From positions 248,001 through 312,000 of IMG/VR virus record IMGVR_UViG_3300050120_000152: a DNA stretch of 64,000 nt. The stretch is one strand, 5' to 3'. A model generated the notes under the pieces. The model made no database searches. It saw only the letters and a list, made by a program, of their open reading frames with translations, and was not told the origin of the DNA. This document shows positions 48,890 to 60,054 of the stretch, piece after piece. Within the stretch, counting starts at the first letter, position 1. Each line of letters begins with the position of its first letter. The position numbers and the translations under genes were made by a program.

Positions 48890-50491
48890 ATGGCAACAGA
48901 AATACTAAATTATTGGCCGATGGCTAATTTTTCGCCTAGAGATTCACAGGTGAAAGTATTGGAATGGATTCAAGCATTACCACCAGAAAAAAAATACATA
49001 TTATGTGAAATACCTGTGGGTGGTGGTAAATCACCTATTGGTGTTAATCTATCAGCTTATCTAGCTAATTCATTAGGTAACGCATTTATTCTAACACCAC
49101 AGAAAATATTGCAGAAGCAATATCAAGACTCATTTCCAGAGAAAATGCTTTTTTCTCTATATGGAAAGAGCAACTACAAATGTGCACCAAAAGAAACGAA
49201 TTGCGATATTGGTTCAGATATCAAACCGAAGTGCGCCAGCTGCCCGCATAGAAATGCAATGATAACCGCACGCACATCACCTAACATTGTTCTTAATTAC
49301 ACATTAGGTCTTTTGTTATTCATGCTCAGTGCTGAATTAAAATTAGACAAAAGAAAGCTAATGATTTTAGATGAATGCCATACATTAGAACATCACTTGA
49401 CAGAATTCAAAGCTCTTCAAATAGGTGAAAAGAGATGCCGTCAGTTCAAAGTAAAATTTGTATGTCCTACGAATGAATATGAAGCTCTTGATTGGATTGA
49501 AACAGTTTATCATCCAGCAGTAGTACATGAATACACCATATTAAAATCAGTGGTGGAAGCTATCATGTCCCGATATGAAGAAAATGAAACCATGGATAAA
49601 GCAGATGCAGATGCTATCAATAAATTAAAAGATATTATCAGTCATTTGGATGTGTTAAATGACTATAAAGCATTAGGTATTCAAGAGCTAATGGAAAAAT
49701 ATGCTCTTATCCGTGATAAAACATTTTTTAAATTTAAGCCATTATATGGAAAAGAATTATTCGTAAAATACATGAAGCCTATGGCAGAACGATTCTTATT
49801 CATGTCATCAACTATTTTAGATAAAGATGCGTATTGTCGTGATTTAGGTATTCCACCAGAGGAAGCAGCATTCATATCCATTGATTCAGAATTTGATCTA
49901 GAAAACAGACCAGTTATTTACAGTCCTACTATGAAAATGACATTCGGTTGGGATAAAGACGATAAACGTGCAGATAGAAAAAGAATGATTGCCAAAATTA
50001 TTGAAATATGTAATTCACATAAAGAAGATTCTGGCGTTATTCATACGGGAAGTTTTCAAGTAGCTAAATGGTTAATTAGCGAATTGTCCGGCAAAATCCC
50101 ACAAAAAATAATGGAACATGGCCCAGATTCCGATTCCACTAGAGATGCAGTTATTGATGAATTTCAGAAGAATAATAATGCCGAACCTGCATTATTGATT
50201 AGTCCAAGTATTACCGAAGGACTTGACCTAAAAGATGATAAGGGAAGATTTTCTATTATAGCAAAAGTACCTTATCCTTATCTTGGCGATAATTGGGTAA
50301 AGCGTCGCCAAGAACTTTCTAAAGAATGGTATACAAGACAAGCAATGATTGGTATAATCCAAGCAACGGGTCGAGTAATTCGTACTAAGACTGATTGGGG
50401 ATATAATTACATTTTAGATGAATCCTTTGGGATGTTATCTAAAATGTATTCAAAGAATATTCCTAAGTGGTTCAAAGATTCGATAATGTAA
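48890..50491 (+). CDS. DinG/Rad3-family SF2 helicase with Fe-S cysteines
   Basis: PVGGGKS, GKSNYKC, C..C.H, ILDECH, MSST, EGLDL, KVPYP, QATGRVIR...DWG. Confidence 0.9.
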   Translation: MATEILNYWPMANFSPRDSQVKVLEWIQALPPEKKYILCEIPVGGGKSPIGVNLSAYLANSLGNAFILTPQKILQKQYQDSFPEKMLFSLYGKSNYKCAPKETNCDIGSDIKPKCASCPHRNAMITARTSPNIVLNYTLGLLLFMLSAELKLDKRKLMILDECHTLEHHLTEFKALQIGEKRCRQFKVKFVCPTNEYEALDWIETVYHPAVVHEYTILKSVVEAIMSRYEENETMDKADADAINKLKDIISHLDVLNDYKALGIQELMEKYALIRDKTFFKFKPLYGKELFVKYMKPMAERFLFMSSTILDKDAYCRDLGIPPEEAAFISIDSEFDLENRPVIYSPTMKMTFGWDKDDKRADRKRMIAKIIEICNSHKEDSGVIHTGSFQVAKWLISELSGKIPQKIMEHGPDSDSTRDAVIDEFQKNNNAEPALLISPSITEGLDLKDDKGRFSIIAKVPYPYLGDNWVKRRQELSKEWYTRQAMIGIIQATGRVIRTKTDWGYNYILDESFGMLSKMYSKNIPKWFKDSIM

Positions 50492-50503
50492 ACTCACAGT
50501 TAC

Positions 50504-50511
50504 TATAAATA
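50504..50511 (+). promoter_or_regulatory. Late promoter TATAAATA upstream of homing endonuclease
   Basis: Exact consensus 20 nt before ATG. Confidence 0.65.
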
Positions 50512-50531
50512 GATTAAATACGAGGTAAACC

Positions 50532-51398
50532 ATGTTAATCTATAAAATAACACATATGAATAGCGGTAAATCATACATAGGACTTACAACGCGTAAAACG
50601 GTATATCAACGATATAGAGAACATTTTTACGTTGCAAAACGTCATCATAATAAAAAAGGTAGTCCACATAAATTCAAAGATATTTTACATGAAGAAAATT
50701 ACGATAAATCTAAATTTAATGTTACTATATTAGATACGGCGTCAACTTTAATAGAACTTATTGAAAAAGAAGCTTATTATATAAAAAAATATGATACGGT
50801 TAATTCTGGATTTAATGTAGTAAATGGCGGAAGTGATACAGTGCATAGAGAGGCGGTATCTAAAGGATTGATAAAATATTGGGCAAATGTTGACGAAACC
50901 AAAAGACAAGAAAGAATAGATATACTTAAACATATGATATCAGAAAATAAAGAGAATTATGTCAATAGAGCAAAAAGTTTAGCAATCAAAAACTGTTTAC
51001 CTATAAAACTTATTTTATATGGGAATGAACACACATTCCAATCTTTATATTCTAATAATGGCTTAAAAAAATTTTGTGATATTAACAACATTAATTTTTA
51101 TGATTGTAAACAAAAGGCCAAGGGTACAATAGAGCAAGACCATGAAATCAAATGTTATTTCTTAGATATTAATGGTAATGAAATTAAATTTAATACAACA
51201 AGAAAAAAATTTGAAAAAAGTAAATATACAAAAACGAAATATAAATCTTATACTTTATTATCACCAAATAATAAAAAAACTGTTATTACTAATTTAAAAC
51301 AATTCTGTCATGAACATAGTCTGTGTATAAAAAATATATATGGAATATTAAACGGTAAAGAAAAGAGTCATAAAGGATGGAAAATATATAATGCTTAA
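50532..51398 (+). mobile_element. Free-standing GIY-YIG (Seg-like) homing endonuclease gene
   Basis: LIYKIT..SGKSYIG.T, R..EH, E..YI, GFN; C-terminal NL..FC..H.L...KGW DNA-binding module; very AT-rich; overlaps gp47 start. Confidence 0.85.
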
Positions 51399-52434
51399 TA
51401 AATGCGCAATGTTTACTGATATTCATTTTGGTGCACATAATAATTCAGAACAACATAACAAAGATTGTATAGATTATCTTGAATGGTTTGTGAATAATGT
51501 AAAAAGTGATTCAACTATAGATCATATTATGTTTTTAGGTGATTATTTTGAACATAGAGCAGCTATATCAGGTCTAACTTTAGATTATGGATATAGAGGG
51601 GCTAAAATGGTAAATTCATTAAATATTCCTGTATATTGGCTTACGGGTAATCATGATTATTATTATAGAAACAATAGAAATATTCACAATACATTTTCAT
51701 TTGAATCTTTATCTAATATTACAATAATAAACGATATAACTGTATTAGATGATGTAGGATCGCGTGGAGTAATAATGTCACCATTTTTATTTGAAGATGA
51801 ATATCCTCAACTATTAAATTATATGGAATATCCATATTTGTTTATTCATGCAGAATTTAAAGATTTCGTTATTACGGGTGATACTATTGTTAAAGAACAT
51901 GGGCCTGATCATAAATTATTTAAAAGTTTCAAACGCATTTTTTCAGGCCATTACCACAAGAGGCAGGAAAAAGATAATATTGTTTATATAGGTAATACAT
52001 TTCCTACATCATTTGCTGATGCTAATGATATTAAACGTGGTATGGCAGTCTATGAATATAAAACTGATAAATTGGAATTTAACGATTGGGGGGGTGCACC
52101 ATCTTATATTAAATGCAAATTATCGAAATTATTAGATCATCCAGATGCTATATTAAAACCAAAGGCTACAGTGAGATGTTTAGTTGATATTGATCTATCT
52201 TATGAAGAATCATTGGAATTAAAAGCTAGTATGATATCAACGTATAAATTGAGAGAACTTTCATTGGATGAAGGTTTTGATTTAAACTTCTTGATTGCAG
52301 GTGCCGAATCTGAAGATTGTGATCTTGAAGGTCAAACTATGGATAATGTTATTATTGAATTGCTGCAAACTGTATCATCAAAGGATATCGACAATAATAC
52401 TTTAGTCGAATTATATAAGGATTTAGTCATATGA
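51391..52434 (+). CDS. Recombination nuclease subunit (gp47 / Mre11-SbcD-like)
   Basis: FTDIHFG, FLGDYF, GNHD, FSGHYH, YIGN. Confidence 0.93.
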   Translation: MLNKCAMFTDIHFGAHNNSEQHNKDCIDYLEWFVNNVKSDSTIDHIMFLGDYFEHRAAISGLTLDYGYRGAKMVNSLNIPVYWLTGNHDYYYRNNRNIHNTFSFESLSNITIINDITVLDDVGSRGVIMSPFLFEDEYPQLLNYMEYPYLFIHAEFKDFVITGDTIVKEHGPDHKLFKSFKRIFSGHYHKRQEKDNIVYIGNTFPTSFADANDIKRGMAVYEYKTDKLEFNDWGGAPSYIKCKLSKLLDHPDAILKPKATVRCLVDIDLSYEESLELKASMISTYKLRELSLDEGFDLNFLIAGAESEDCDLEGQTMDNVIIELLQTVSSKDIDNNTLVELYKDLVI

Positions 52435-54686
52435 AAACCCCCATTCGATTAATATCAATATCCTTACGTAACTTCTTATCTTATGGTAACGATATAACTA
52501 CTATAAATTTGGAATTTACCAACCCTACGTTAATTGTAGGACGAAATTTAGACTCCACTACAGAAGGTGAAATAGATTCGAATGGTGCAGGCAAGACTAC
52601 CATTGTAAACGCCCTCGCATGGTGCCTTTATGACACCCCCATCTCTGATATCCCTCAAGATGCTTTAATTAATTTTATCAATAAGAAAAATCTTGAAATA
52701 ACTGTGATTTTCCAAAAAGATGGATATTTTTATAAAATTGTTCGGTTTAGAAAACATAAGATTTTTGGTGGTGATGGCATTCGAATCTATAAGTCTGATA
52801 AATCCGATTTTACTGATCATGAAATGGACAAAGATAAGGACATTGCTCATAGTAGCATCGCACAAGCTAACAAGCAGTTGGTACAAATTATAGGAATGCC
52901 TTTTGAGATTTTTAGTCGTATCGTTATCTATAGTGCTGGTAGTCCATCATTCTTCAAGTTGAAAACTACTTCAGCGTCGAATGAACCAAATCAAACAGAT
53001 ATTATGGAAGAGTTGACTGGTCTTACAGACTTAAGTAAGAAAGCCGATTTGCTTAATGATCGAATGAAAATAAACAAAAAAGAAATTGAATCATTAAAAC
53101 GTATCCAAGAAGAATTAGATAATCAAAAAGCTCAATATGAAACCAAAATAAATTCCATAAAATCAAGAATAGATCATTGGGAATCAGTAAAGCGTACAGA
53201 TATAAAGAATTTACAGAATAAAATAGAAAATCTATCAACTGTTGATTATGACTATCAGAAAGAGTGTTTAGTGGAATATGCTAATATTCAAGTTTCTATG
53301 ACTAAAAATCAAAGTGAACTATCACTTAACAAAGTAAAGCGTCAAAATTTAGCACAATCATTGAATTCTTCGATTAAATGGGTTGAAGATCATGATATTA
53401 AGCTTGAACAAATTAATGAAAAATTGAAAAAATTTGAAAATATAGATTTTGATACGGAAGAAGCGTTACTGATCAATATTGACGAAAGTACAACAAATGT
53501 TAAAGTACAGCGGGATTTGATGTTTGCTGAATCTGCTATTATATCTAATAATAGTAAAAAAATGTCAAAGAACGCTCAAGACCTTGAACATTTGCAGGAT
53601 AATAAATGTCCATATTGCCTGCAACAATTTAAAGACGTTGCAACAAAAATTTTAGAATTAGAAGCAGACAATGGTAATCTCTACACCGATAATGTGAAAC
53701 GTGAATCAGTGGTAAAAAAATATGTTGCATCAATAGAAGCTCTTGATGATGTAATCAAGCAGGCTCGCTTGATATTATATTTTAAATCAATGAGCGAGTT
53801 GAATAATTCTAGATCATCATTACATTCATTAAACAAAGAACTAGAAATTGTATCAAGTCAAATTAATCCATATGCCGATATTAATGCCGATGCATTAAAG
53901 CTACAAATTTCAACCATGGATAGAGAAATAGATAAGCTTGATAGCACTAATTCAAAATTAATGAATAATTATAATATTTTGAAAACGGAATTGATCTATG
54001 ATAATGAAGCTACGCTACTACAGGATGTACATAATCTAGACACCAATAGAATTGATTTGTCAAAACTTGAATCATCAGTCAATCCTCATACTGAAACGTT
54101 GGCTGATATGAGTGATATGTCGTTTGATGATAATAATTATAAAAAAATTGAAGCTCTCGAAAACACCGTTCAGCATCAAATGCTTCTACATAAATTATTA
54201 ACCAAAAAAGATTCCTTTGTAAGAAAGAAATTATTGAGTAAAAGTTTAATTTTTTTGAATGAACAATTGAAAAAATATTTGGATCGTTTGGGGCTTCCAC
54301 ATAAGGTGACATTCGTAGAAGATATGACAGCATCTATCAGCCAATTTGGGAATACATTACGATTTGGCAATCTATCATCTGGGCAGCAGGCACGAGTGAA
54401 TATAGCTTTAGCATTCTCATTTAGAGATGTTCTACAGAAGAGATATGGTAAAATATCATTCTGTATTTTAGATGAATGCTTAGATACTGGGTTATCTACA
54501 GCTGGTGTTCAGAAGGCAGCTAAATTTATTAAATCTGTAGCAGTTACCGATAAACTATCTATGTTTATCATATCCCATAAAGATGAAGTAATAAACACGT
54601 TCCCTAACATTATGGAAATAGAATTAGAAGGTGGATTCTCACGGATACTGCCTTGCAAAATAGTAGACATAAAAAGTGCGGCTTAA
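52431..54686 (+). CDS. Recombination ATPase subunit (gp46 / Rad50-SbcC-like)
   Basis: NFLSYGN, NGAGKTT, CPYC zinc hook, LSSGQ, ILDE.LD, ISH. Confidence 0.95.
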   Translation: MKTPIRLISISLRNFLSYGNDITTINLEFTNPTLIVGRNLDSTTEGEIDSNGAGKTTIVNALAWCLYDTPISDIPQDALINFINKKNLEITVIFQKDGYFYKIVRFRKHKIFGGDGIRIYKSDKSDFTDHEMDKDKDIAHSSIAQANKQLVQIIGMPFEIFSRIVIYSAGSPSFFKLKTTSASNEPNQTDIMEELTGLTDLSKKADLLNDRMKINKKEIESLKRIQEELDNQKAQYETKINSIKSRIDHWESVKRTDIKNLQNKIENLSTVDYDYQKECLVEYANIQVSMTKNQSELSLNKVKRQNLAQSLNSSIKWVEDHDIKLEQINEKLKKFENIDFDTEEALLINIDESTTNVKVQRDLMFAESAIISNNSKKMSKNAQDLEHLQDNKCPYCLQQFKDVATKILELEADNGNLYTDNVKRESVVKKYVASIEALDDVIKQARLILYFKSMSELNNSRSSLHSLNKELEIVSSQINPYADINADALKLQISTMDREIDKLDSTNSKLMNNYNILKTELIYDNEATLLQDVHNLDTNRIDLSKLESSVNPHTETLADMSDMSFDDNNYKKIEALENTVQHQMLLHKLLTKKDSFVRKKLLSKSLIFLNEQLKKYLDRLGLPHKVTFVEDMTASISQFGNTLRFGNLSSGQQARVNIALAFSFRDVLQKRYGKISFCILDECLDTGLSTAGVQKAAKFIKSVAVTDKLSMFIISHKDEVINTFPNIMEIELEGGFSRILPCKIVDIKSAA

Positions 54687-54700
54687 AGCCGCATTTTTTT
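54671..54700. terminator. Bidirectional terminator between convergent gp46 and gp55
   Basis: AAAAAGTGCGGCT-TAA-AGCCGCATTTTTTT. Confidence 0.8.
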
Positions 54701-54704
54701 CATA

Positions 54705-55220
54705 TTAACCCTCTTCCGGCCCTGCCGAAGCTACGCTTACATCGTAGGTGGGATCAAAACTCACATCCTGTACAGAATCATTTGAGGATACATGACTATC
54801 AAAATCATCGTGCCCATTACGATCCAAGAATGAGAATGACGGATTTTCTCCATGAGATATTAAAATTTCATCACGAATATCACGTTGCTTTCTTTCAAGA
54901 TTATCAAATTGAAAAAACGCATGTTTTATGGTTTGAGTAAAATATGCGAATGGGTTATCATATTTTTCAGCATTAAACCCTCGCCATACCTTAACAATGG
55001 TCAATAATGCAAAAGCTTGCATATCGTCATTATATGTATAATTAGAAAATCTACCTTTCATAGCGAACCGATGAGTTAATAACATTAACATTTTGGTTAA
55101 CTCATTTGTCATCTTATTTTGCTCATTACTTAATCGCAATTCTTTAAGTAAATCTGCATTGTTAATATAATTTTTCTTCTTTTTCGGTTTTACTTCGAAA
55201 TTGCTAGGAGTTTCAGTCAT
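54705..55220 (-). CDS. Late-transcription sigma factor (gp55-like)
   Basis: NYINNADL, FSNYTY.DDM, F..EK..NPFAYFTQ....AF. Confidence 0.9.
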   Translation of the reverse strand: MTETPSNFEVKPKKKKNYINNADLLKELRLSNEQNKMTNELTKMLMLLTHRFAMKGRFSNYTYNDDMQAFALLTIVKVWRGFNAEKYDNPFAYFTQTIKHAFFQFDNLERKQRDIRDEILISHGENPSFSFLDRNGHDDFDSHVSSNDSVQDVSFDPTYDVSVASAGPEEG

Positions 55221-55250
55221 TTATTGTTCTCTTTTTTAAACTTATATAAA

Positions 55251-55279
55251 AGATTAACATAACGTGAATGATATGTCAA
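55251..55279 (-). promoter_or_regulatory. Sigma70-type promoter for gp55
   Basis: TTGACA-N17-TAATCT with TGn. Confidence 0.7.
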
Positions 55280-55336
55280 ATATTTTATATAAGTTTATGG
55301 ATAAATATCACATATATTTCGGATATTTAGAACAAT

Positions 55337-58249
55337 ATGGCAGATTTAACTCCAGCGCAAGCAAAACAGCTTGGTCAATTATTACAACAAGTGATGGGTG
55401 GTTCAGGATTCGCTGGCTTCGGCGGTAATGCGAAAAGTTCAGCTATGCACAAATATGATAATGATGAAGGTGGCGGCGTTGACTTCACTAAAATGAAGAA
55501 TATTATTAAAAATAATAGTGATCTTGCCACACAAATGGGCGCAACCTATAAAGACCTTAATGCGAGAGGTAAAACTGTAGCAGGATTGTATAAAACATTA
55601 GAGGAAGCTACTAGATCACAGGGTAATATTCAGCGTAAAGCTGCTCAAAGTATGGCCGATATGATCGAAAAAACCAACGATGCCGCCAAAAAGTTAGAAC
55701 AAATTACTAGAATAGCAAGTAAAGCCAGTGAGAATCTATCTAGAAGTGAAAAAGTATTTGCTCAGCTTGATAAGATTGCAGCCGAACGCAAAAAATTAAA
55801 AACGATTATAACTAAACGTAGAAATAAGGGAGAATCGACTACTAGTTATGAGAATGAATTAAACACACATAACAAAGAGAATGCAACTAAGGAAAAAAAT
55901 CTTAGAGGGGAAGCCGATAAAATAATTAATAGTTTCAAATTATTAAATAAAGTTACAGGAACTCTTTCGGCTGGACAGGTTAAACAGTTATCAAGATTTG
56001 CAAAAATGACTGCTAATCAACGTAACAAGTCTGGTGTATTTGATACGGTAAGAAAAAGTGTAGAAGGTTTAGATGGGTCTACTAAAATTGCGGCTAATCA
56101 TATAATTACTAATTCGAAGGTTGCTGGCGAATCGTTGAAAGCTGCTGGACAAAGTGCAGTTGCATTTGGAAAAGTTTTGTTAACTATGATTCCCGGCATA
56201 TATGCCGGGCTTAAAGCCAATCAGAAATATAATGTAAAATCTTATAATCCTTTAGAATCTGGCTTAAGGGGTATGAGTGAGCAAGAGCGCGCTCAAGCTA
56301 TAGGCGAAAACCGAATTGGGTTGCGCGGCCTCGGCAGTGGAAATGAGGAGAAGGGGTTTACTAATACTAAGGCATTACAAGAAACTGCGCATATTTTTGG
56401 TGTGACTGGCGCAGCAGCATTGCAAAAAGCATTTGATTATCAGAAAATATCAATGGGGATGGGAGTTTCTACTAGTAATGTCAAAGCACAGCAACAACAA
56501 ATGTCGCAGATGCACGCTATGTCTAAAGCCGTTGGCAGCACTGACGAAGAGTTACAAGATTTTTATGCAACATTGAAAGATACCGGACAGCTTGCTGGTA
56601 TGAGTGCAAACATGTCTGAAAAGAATGATAAAGATCGCTCACAAGCAATAAATCAAGAAATTTTTCAACGTTTAGCATTGAATAAAGCTATGGGCATCAG
56701 TGTAGATATGTTAAAACGTCAGGCACAAGATGCCGTAAATTCAAGATATGCCGGATTAGCCAATTCTATAAAATCTGGATTGGGTGAACAGTTAAAAATT
56801 AAACAATATAATAAAGATAATCCTAATGATCAGATAAATCCGGCAGATAGCAAAAGAATGCAACAAATTAAAGCTGCTGGCGTTGGAGGAACTTCCCCAG
56901 AGGATCAGGCTTGGTATAATGCCAATGAATTAAAGATAGGCACATTCAGAACGGCTAAATTGGCCAAGGATCAGCGGGATTATCCACACGGTGGTAAAGA
57001 ATTTACGAAAGATTTAGTACAAAATCAGTATATGGGTGCACTTAACCCAAACCTTGCACAGGAAGATAAAGATTTTGCTAATGCTCAACAACAAGGTCAA
57101 GCACAAGGTAAAGATGCAGTACAAGGAGATTTCAGTAAAGTCATTCAGGATGCATCAACAAGTTTAAATGGCCCTACGGGGTTAACTGGTGCGGCAATGG
57201 ATGCAGCTCAAGCATTGGAAGGGTTAGCAAAATCTCCGCTCGGCGGTAGTGGTGGGGTGGCATCCTATATCGAAGGTGCTATTGCCGCTAAAGTTGGTGG
57301 CATGGTCACTAAATGGGGGGCCGGACAAATAGCTAAAAAATTAGGAACTAATGCGCTAGGAAAGGCTGCGGCAGATGTTGCAGAACATGGTGTTGCTGGT
57401 GCTCTATTGAAACATGCTGCCGGATATGTAGCCAGTAAAACTCCTGAGTCTATATTGGGTAAGGTTGCAGGGGGTGTTGCTGGTAAATTTGCAACCGGAG
57501 CTGCAGGGAATGTAGCTAGAGCAGGATTATTTAGTGGAATTGGTCGAGGATTACTTAAAACTGGGCTACGTGGGGGCGCTGGTGCATTGGGCGCATATGG
57601 GATAAATTCATTATTTGGTGGTGCAGATACTCTTTCAGAAGGTAATAAAGATTTAGGTTCCCGTATGTTGCGTGGCGGTGATGAAGTAGCTGACTGGGCT
57701 ATGGCAAGCGGTTGGAAACCCGCACAAGGAGTAGGATTAGCCTATAAAGGTGGGGTACGTACTGGTAATGCCATCCATAATTTTGGCTCCAAGTTTGACG
57801 GATATAAGGATTTTACTGATACGCTATTTGGATCAACTGTTGGTGGCGTTCAAGCGTTAATGGGTGGTGATAAGAGCGGATGGCATCAAGCAGAAAAGAG
57901 TGCTAATGAGTTAGCAGGAAAGCTTGGTCTTGGATATAATGATGATTCATTTCATTATAATGGTAAATCAGTAGATTCAGGAATATCTATTCCGGCTGAT
58001 GTAGCAGCATCAAAAATTAGTGATCTTACCAAACAATCGCTTGATGATGCCAATGATCCGGTAGCATTAGCTCGTGATCAAGAAACTATAAAAGTATTAA
58101 AAGCTATTGCCAAAGCTACTACCGAATCAAATGATAGAGATAAATCTAAAGATTTAACCCCAGAAACCCCTGATAATGTTAAAGGCTCGGGTTTCGCAGG
58201 TTATAATGGTCACTTGAATCAAGTCCATGCTGGCGCGTTCACTCGCTGA
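55337..58249 (+). CDS. Tape-measure-like protein
   Basis: 970 aa, helical/coiled-coil N-half, Gly/Ala-rich amphipathic C-half; GATAAATA at 55300-55307. Confidence 0.55.
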   Translation: MADLTPAQAKQLGQLLQQVMGGSGFAGFGGNAKSSAMHKYDNDEGGGVDFTKMKNIIKNNSDLATQMGATYKDLNARGKTVAGLYKTLEEATRSQGNIQRKAAQSMADMIEKTNDAAKKLEQITRIASKASENLSRSEKVFAQLDKIAAERKKLKTIITKRRNKGESTTSYENELNTHNKENATKEKNLRGEADKIINSFKLLNKVTGTLSAGQVKQLSRFAKMTANQRNKSGVFDTVRKSVEGLDGSTKIAANHIITNSKVAGESLKAAGQSAVAFGKVLLTMIPGIYAGLKANQKYNVKSYNPLESGLRGMSEQERAQAIGENRIGLRGLGSGNEEKGFTNTKALQETAHIFGVTGAAALQKAFDYQKISMGMGVSTSNVKAQQQQMSQMHAMSKAVGSTDEELQDFYATLKDTGQLAGMSANMSEKNDKDRSQAINQEIFQRLALNKAMGISVDMLKRQAQDAVNSRYAGLANSIKSGLGEQLKIKQYNKDNPNDQINPADSKRMQQIKAAGVGGTSPEDQAWYNANELKIGTFRTAKLAKDQRDYPHGGKEFTKDLVQNQYMGALNPNLAQEDKDFANAQQQGQAQGKDAVQGDFSKVIQDASTSLNGPTGLTGAAMDAAQALEGLAKSPLGGSGGVASYIEGAIAAKVGGMVTKWGAGQIAKKLGTNALGKAAADVAEHGVAGALLKHAAGYVASKTPESILGKVAGGVAGKFATGAAGNVARAGLFSGIGRGLLKTGLRGGAGALGAYGINSLFGGADTLSEGNKDLGSRMLRGGDEVADWAMASGWKPAQGVGLAYKGGVRTGNAIHNFGSKFDGYKDFTDTLFGSTVGGVQALMGGDKSGWHQAEKSANELAGKLGLGYNDDSFHYNGKSVDSGISIPADVAASKISDLTKQSLDDANDPVALARDQETIKVLKAIAKATTESNDRDKSKDLTPETPDNVKGSGFAGYNGHLNQVHAGAFTR

Positions 58250-58267
58250 CTATAGATACAATTAACA

Positions 58268-58275
58268 TATAAATA
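58268..58275 (+). promoter_or_regulatory. Late promoter TATAAATA (portal)
   Basis: Exact consensus 22 nt before ATG. Confidence 0.75.
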
Positions 58276-58297
58276 CTAAAATCGAAGAGATTGTACC

Positions 58298-60025
58298 ATG
58301 GCTAATCCAGAAAATGGAAAATTAACTAAAATATACAAAATCATAACACCGGAATCGCCGAGAACCAGCGTCACGGATAGTCAAGATTTAGCCGGTAATT
58401 ATGGGTTGTATGGTAATTATAGTTTTATGAACAAGTTGATGCAAGGCAGTTCTATGCGCTTGCAACGATATCGCGAATACGACATGATGGATGAAGATAC
58501 TGATGTGAGTAGAGCATTGGATATCATTGCCGAAGAAATTGTAGGTAATAACCCAAAATCAGATTTACCATTAATATTAAAAATTACTGCTGGCGAAGAA
58601 CAGCAAGTTAATTCTCGTACTGTAGTCACATTAAAGGCAGCATTAAATACATGGTGTAATATCCATAGATGGAATCGTAGACTTTATACTACTGTAAGAA
58701 ATACAATTAAATATGGTGATACATTCTTTTTTAGAAATGAAAAACCAAACCTACCTAATAAATATGTCAATCCTAAACACGTTATAGGTGCAGTTGTAAC
58801 AAAAACCGATGTTAATGATGTTAAAGGATGGCAAATTCAAACTGATTATGACAAAGCATCCCAAAATATAAACTTTGCCATTACAGGAAATTCTTCACAA
58901 ACTTATAATGTGGAAAACTACACCCCTGAAGAAGTTATACGATTTGGTTTGCATGATGATATGAGTGATGAAGCCCCATTTAGTCAATCTATTCTTAAAG
59001 CAGCATACAAAATTTTCAAACAAAAGCAGATGCTGGAAGATTCTTTATTAATTTATAGAATACAACGCGCACCAGAAAAACGAGTATTCAAGCTTGAAAT
59101 TGGTAATACACCACCACATCTAAAATCACAAATTTTAGAAAATGCTAAGAATGAAATCAAGCAACGTAAAATACCAACTCCTTATGGTGGTGGTAATCAG
59201 GTAGAATCCATTTATTCACCAATGTCAATGAATGAAGATTTCTTTTTTACAATGAAGAATGGTGTTGGGTCTACTGTAGAAACCTTACCGGGTGGTCAGA
59301 ATCTTGGTCAGCTTGACGATCTTAATTATTTCTATAGCAAAATGTGGAGAGCTTTAAGAATCCCTCAATCCTATATGGACAATGGAGTCGAAGGTGGCAC
59401 GCCATTCAATGATGGTAAGGTTGGCATAGCCTATCAACAGGAAATCAAATTTACGCTTTATATTGAGTCATTACAAGTACATTTTGAAGATATTCTTGAT
59501 AGAGAATTTAAAAAATTCTTACGTGATCAAAAAATAAATATTGATCCAACTATTTTTAAAGTTGTATTACCTGAACCATCAAATTTCAAAAAGTCTCGTG
59601 ATAATGAAATTGACCAAACATTAGTAGCTTTAGCAACATCTGCTGGTGCTATTGATTGGTTATCTAAGAGATATATCGCTATACATTATCTACAGATGAC
59701 TAAGGCCGATCTTCTTATTAATGAACGACAGAAAGCTGAAGAATTGGGTCTTGACCCTAATGATACTATTAAGAATATGGCTAAAATATATTCACCTGAG
59801 AATGCCGATTCTGGTGGTTATGATGGTGGTATGACTGGTGGTAGTGGAGGATCATCAGATTTAAGTGGTATGCCAGCTGATGATATAGGCGGGGATGATG
59901 ATGGTGCTGATACTGGCGAAGCTGGTACAGGTGAAGAAAATGCTAAAGGTAGTGCTAATAATGGTGCAGAAACAGGTGGAAATGCTTCAAAAGGACAAAA
60001 TCCTCCTAAGAATGGCAAAACATAA
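58298..60025 (+). CDS. Portal protein (gp20-like)
   Basis: YREYD.M, LEDSLLIYRIQRAPEKRVF, MNEDFF, VETLPGGQNLG.LDD..YF, AL.IP.S. Confidence 0.95.
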   Translation: MANPENGKLTKIYKIITPESPRTSVTDSQDLAGNYGLYGNYSFMNKLMQGSSMRLQRYREYDMMDEDTDVSRALDIIAEEIVGNNPKSDLPLILKITAGEEQQVNSRTVVTLKAALNTWCNIHRWNRRLYTTVRNTIKYGDTFFFRNEKPNLPNKYVNPKHVIGAVVTKTDVNDVKGWQIQTDYDKASQNINFAITGNSSQTYNVENYTPEEVIRFGLHDDMSDEAPFSQSILKAAYKIFKQKQMLEDSLLIYRIQRAPEKRVFKLEIGNTPPHLKSQILENAKNEIKQRKIPTPYGGGNQVESIYSPMSMNEDFFFTMKNGVGSTVETLPGGQNLGQLDDLNYFYSKMWRALRIPQSYMDNGVEGGTPFNDGKVGIAYQQEIKFTLYIESLQVHFEDILDREFKKFLRDQKINIDPTIFKVVLPEPSNFKKSRDNEIDQTLVALATSAGAIDWLSKRYIAIHYLQMTKADLLINERQKAEELGLDPNDTIKNMAKIYSPENADSGGYDGGMTGGSGGSSDLSGMPADDIGGDDDGADTGEAGTGEENAKGSANNGAETGGNASKGQNPPKNGKT

Positions 60026-60054
60026 TAAATAATAATTACCGAAAGGATGGATTG

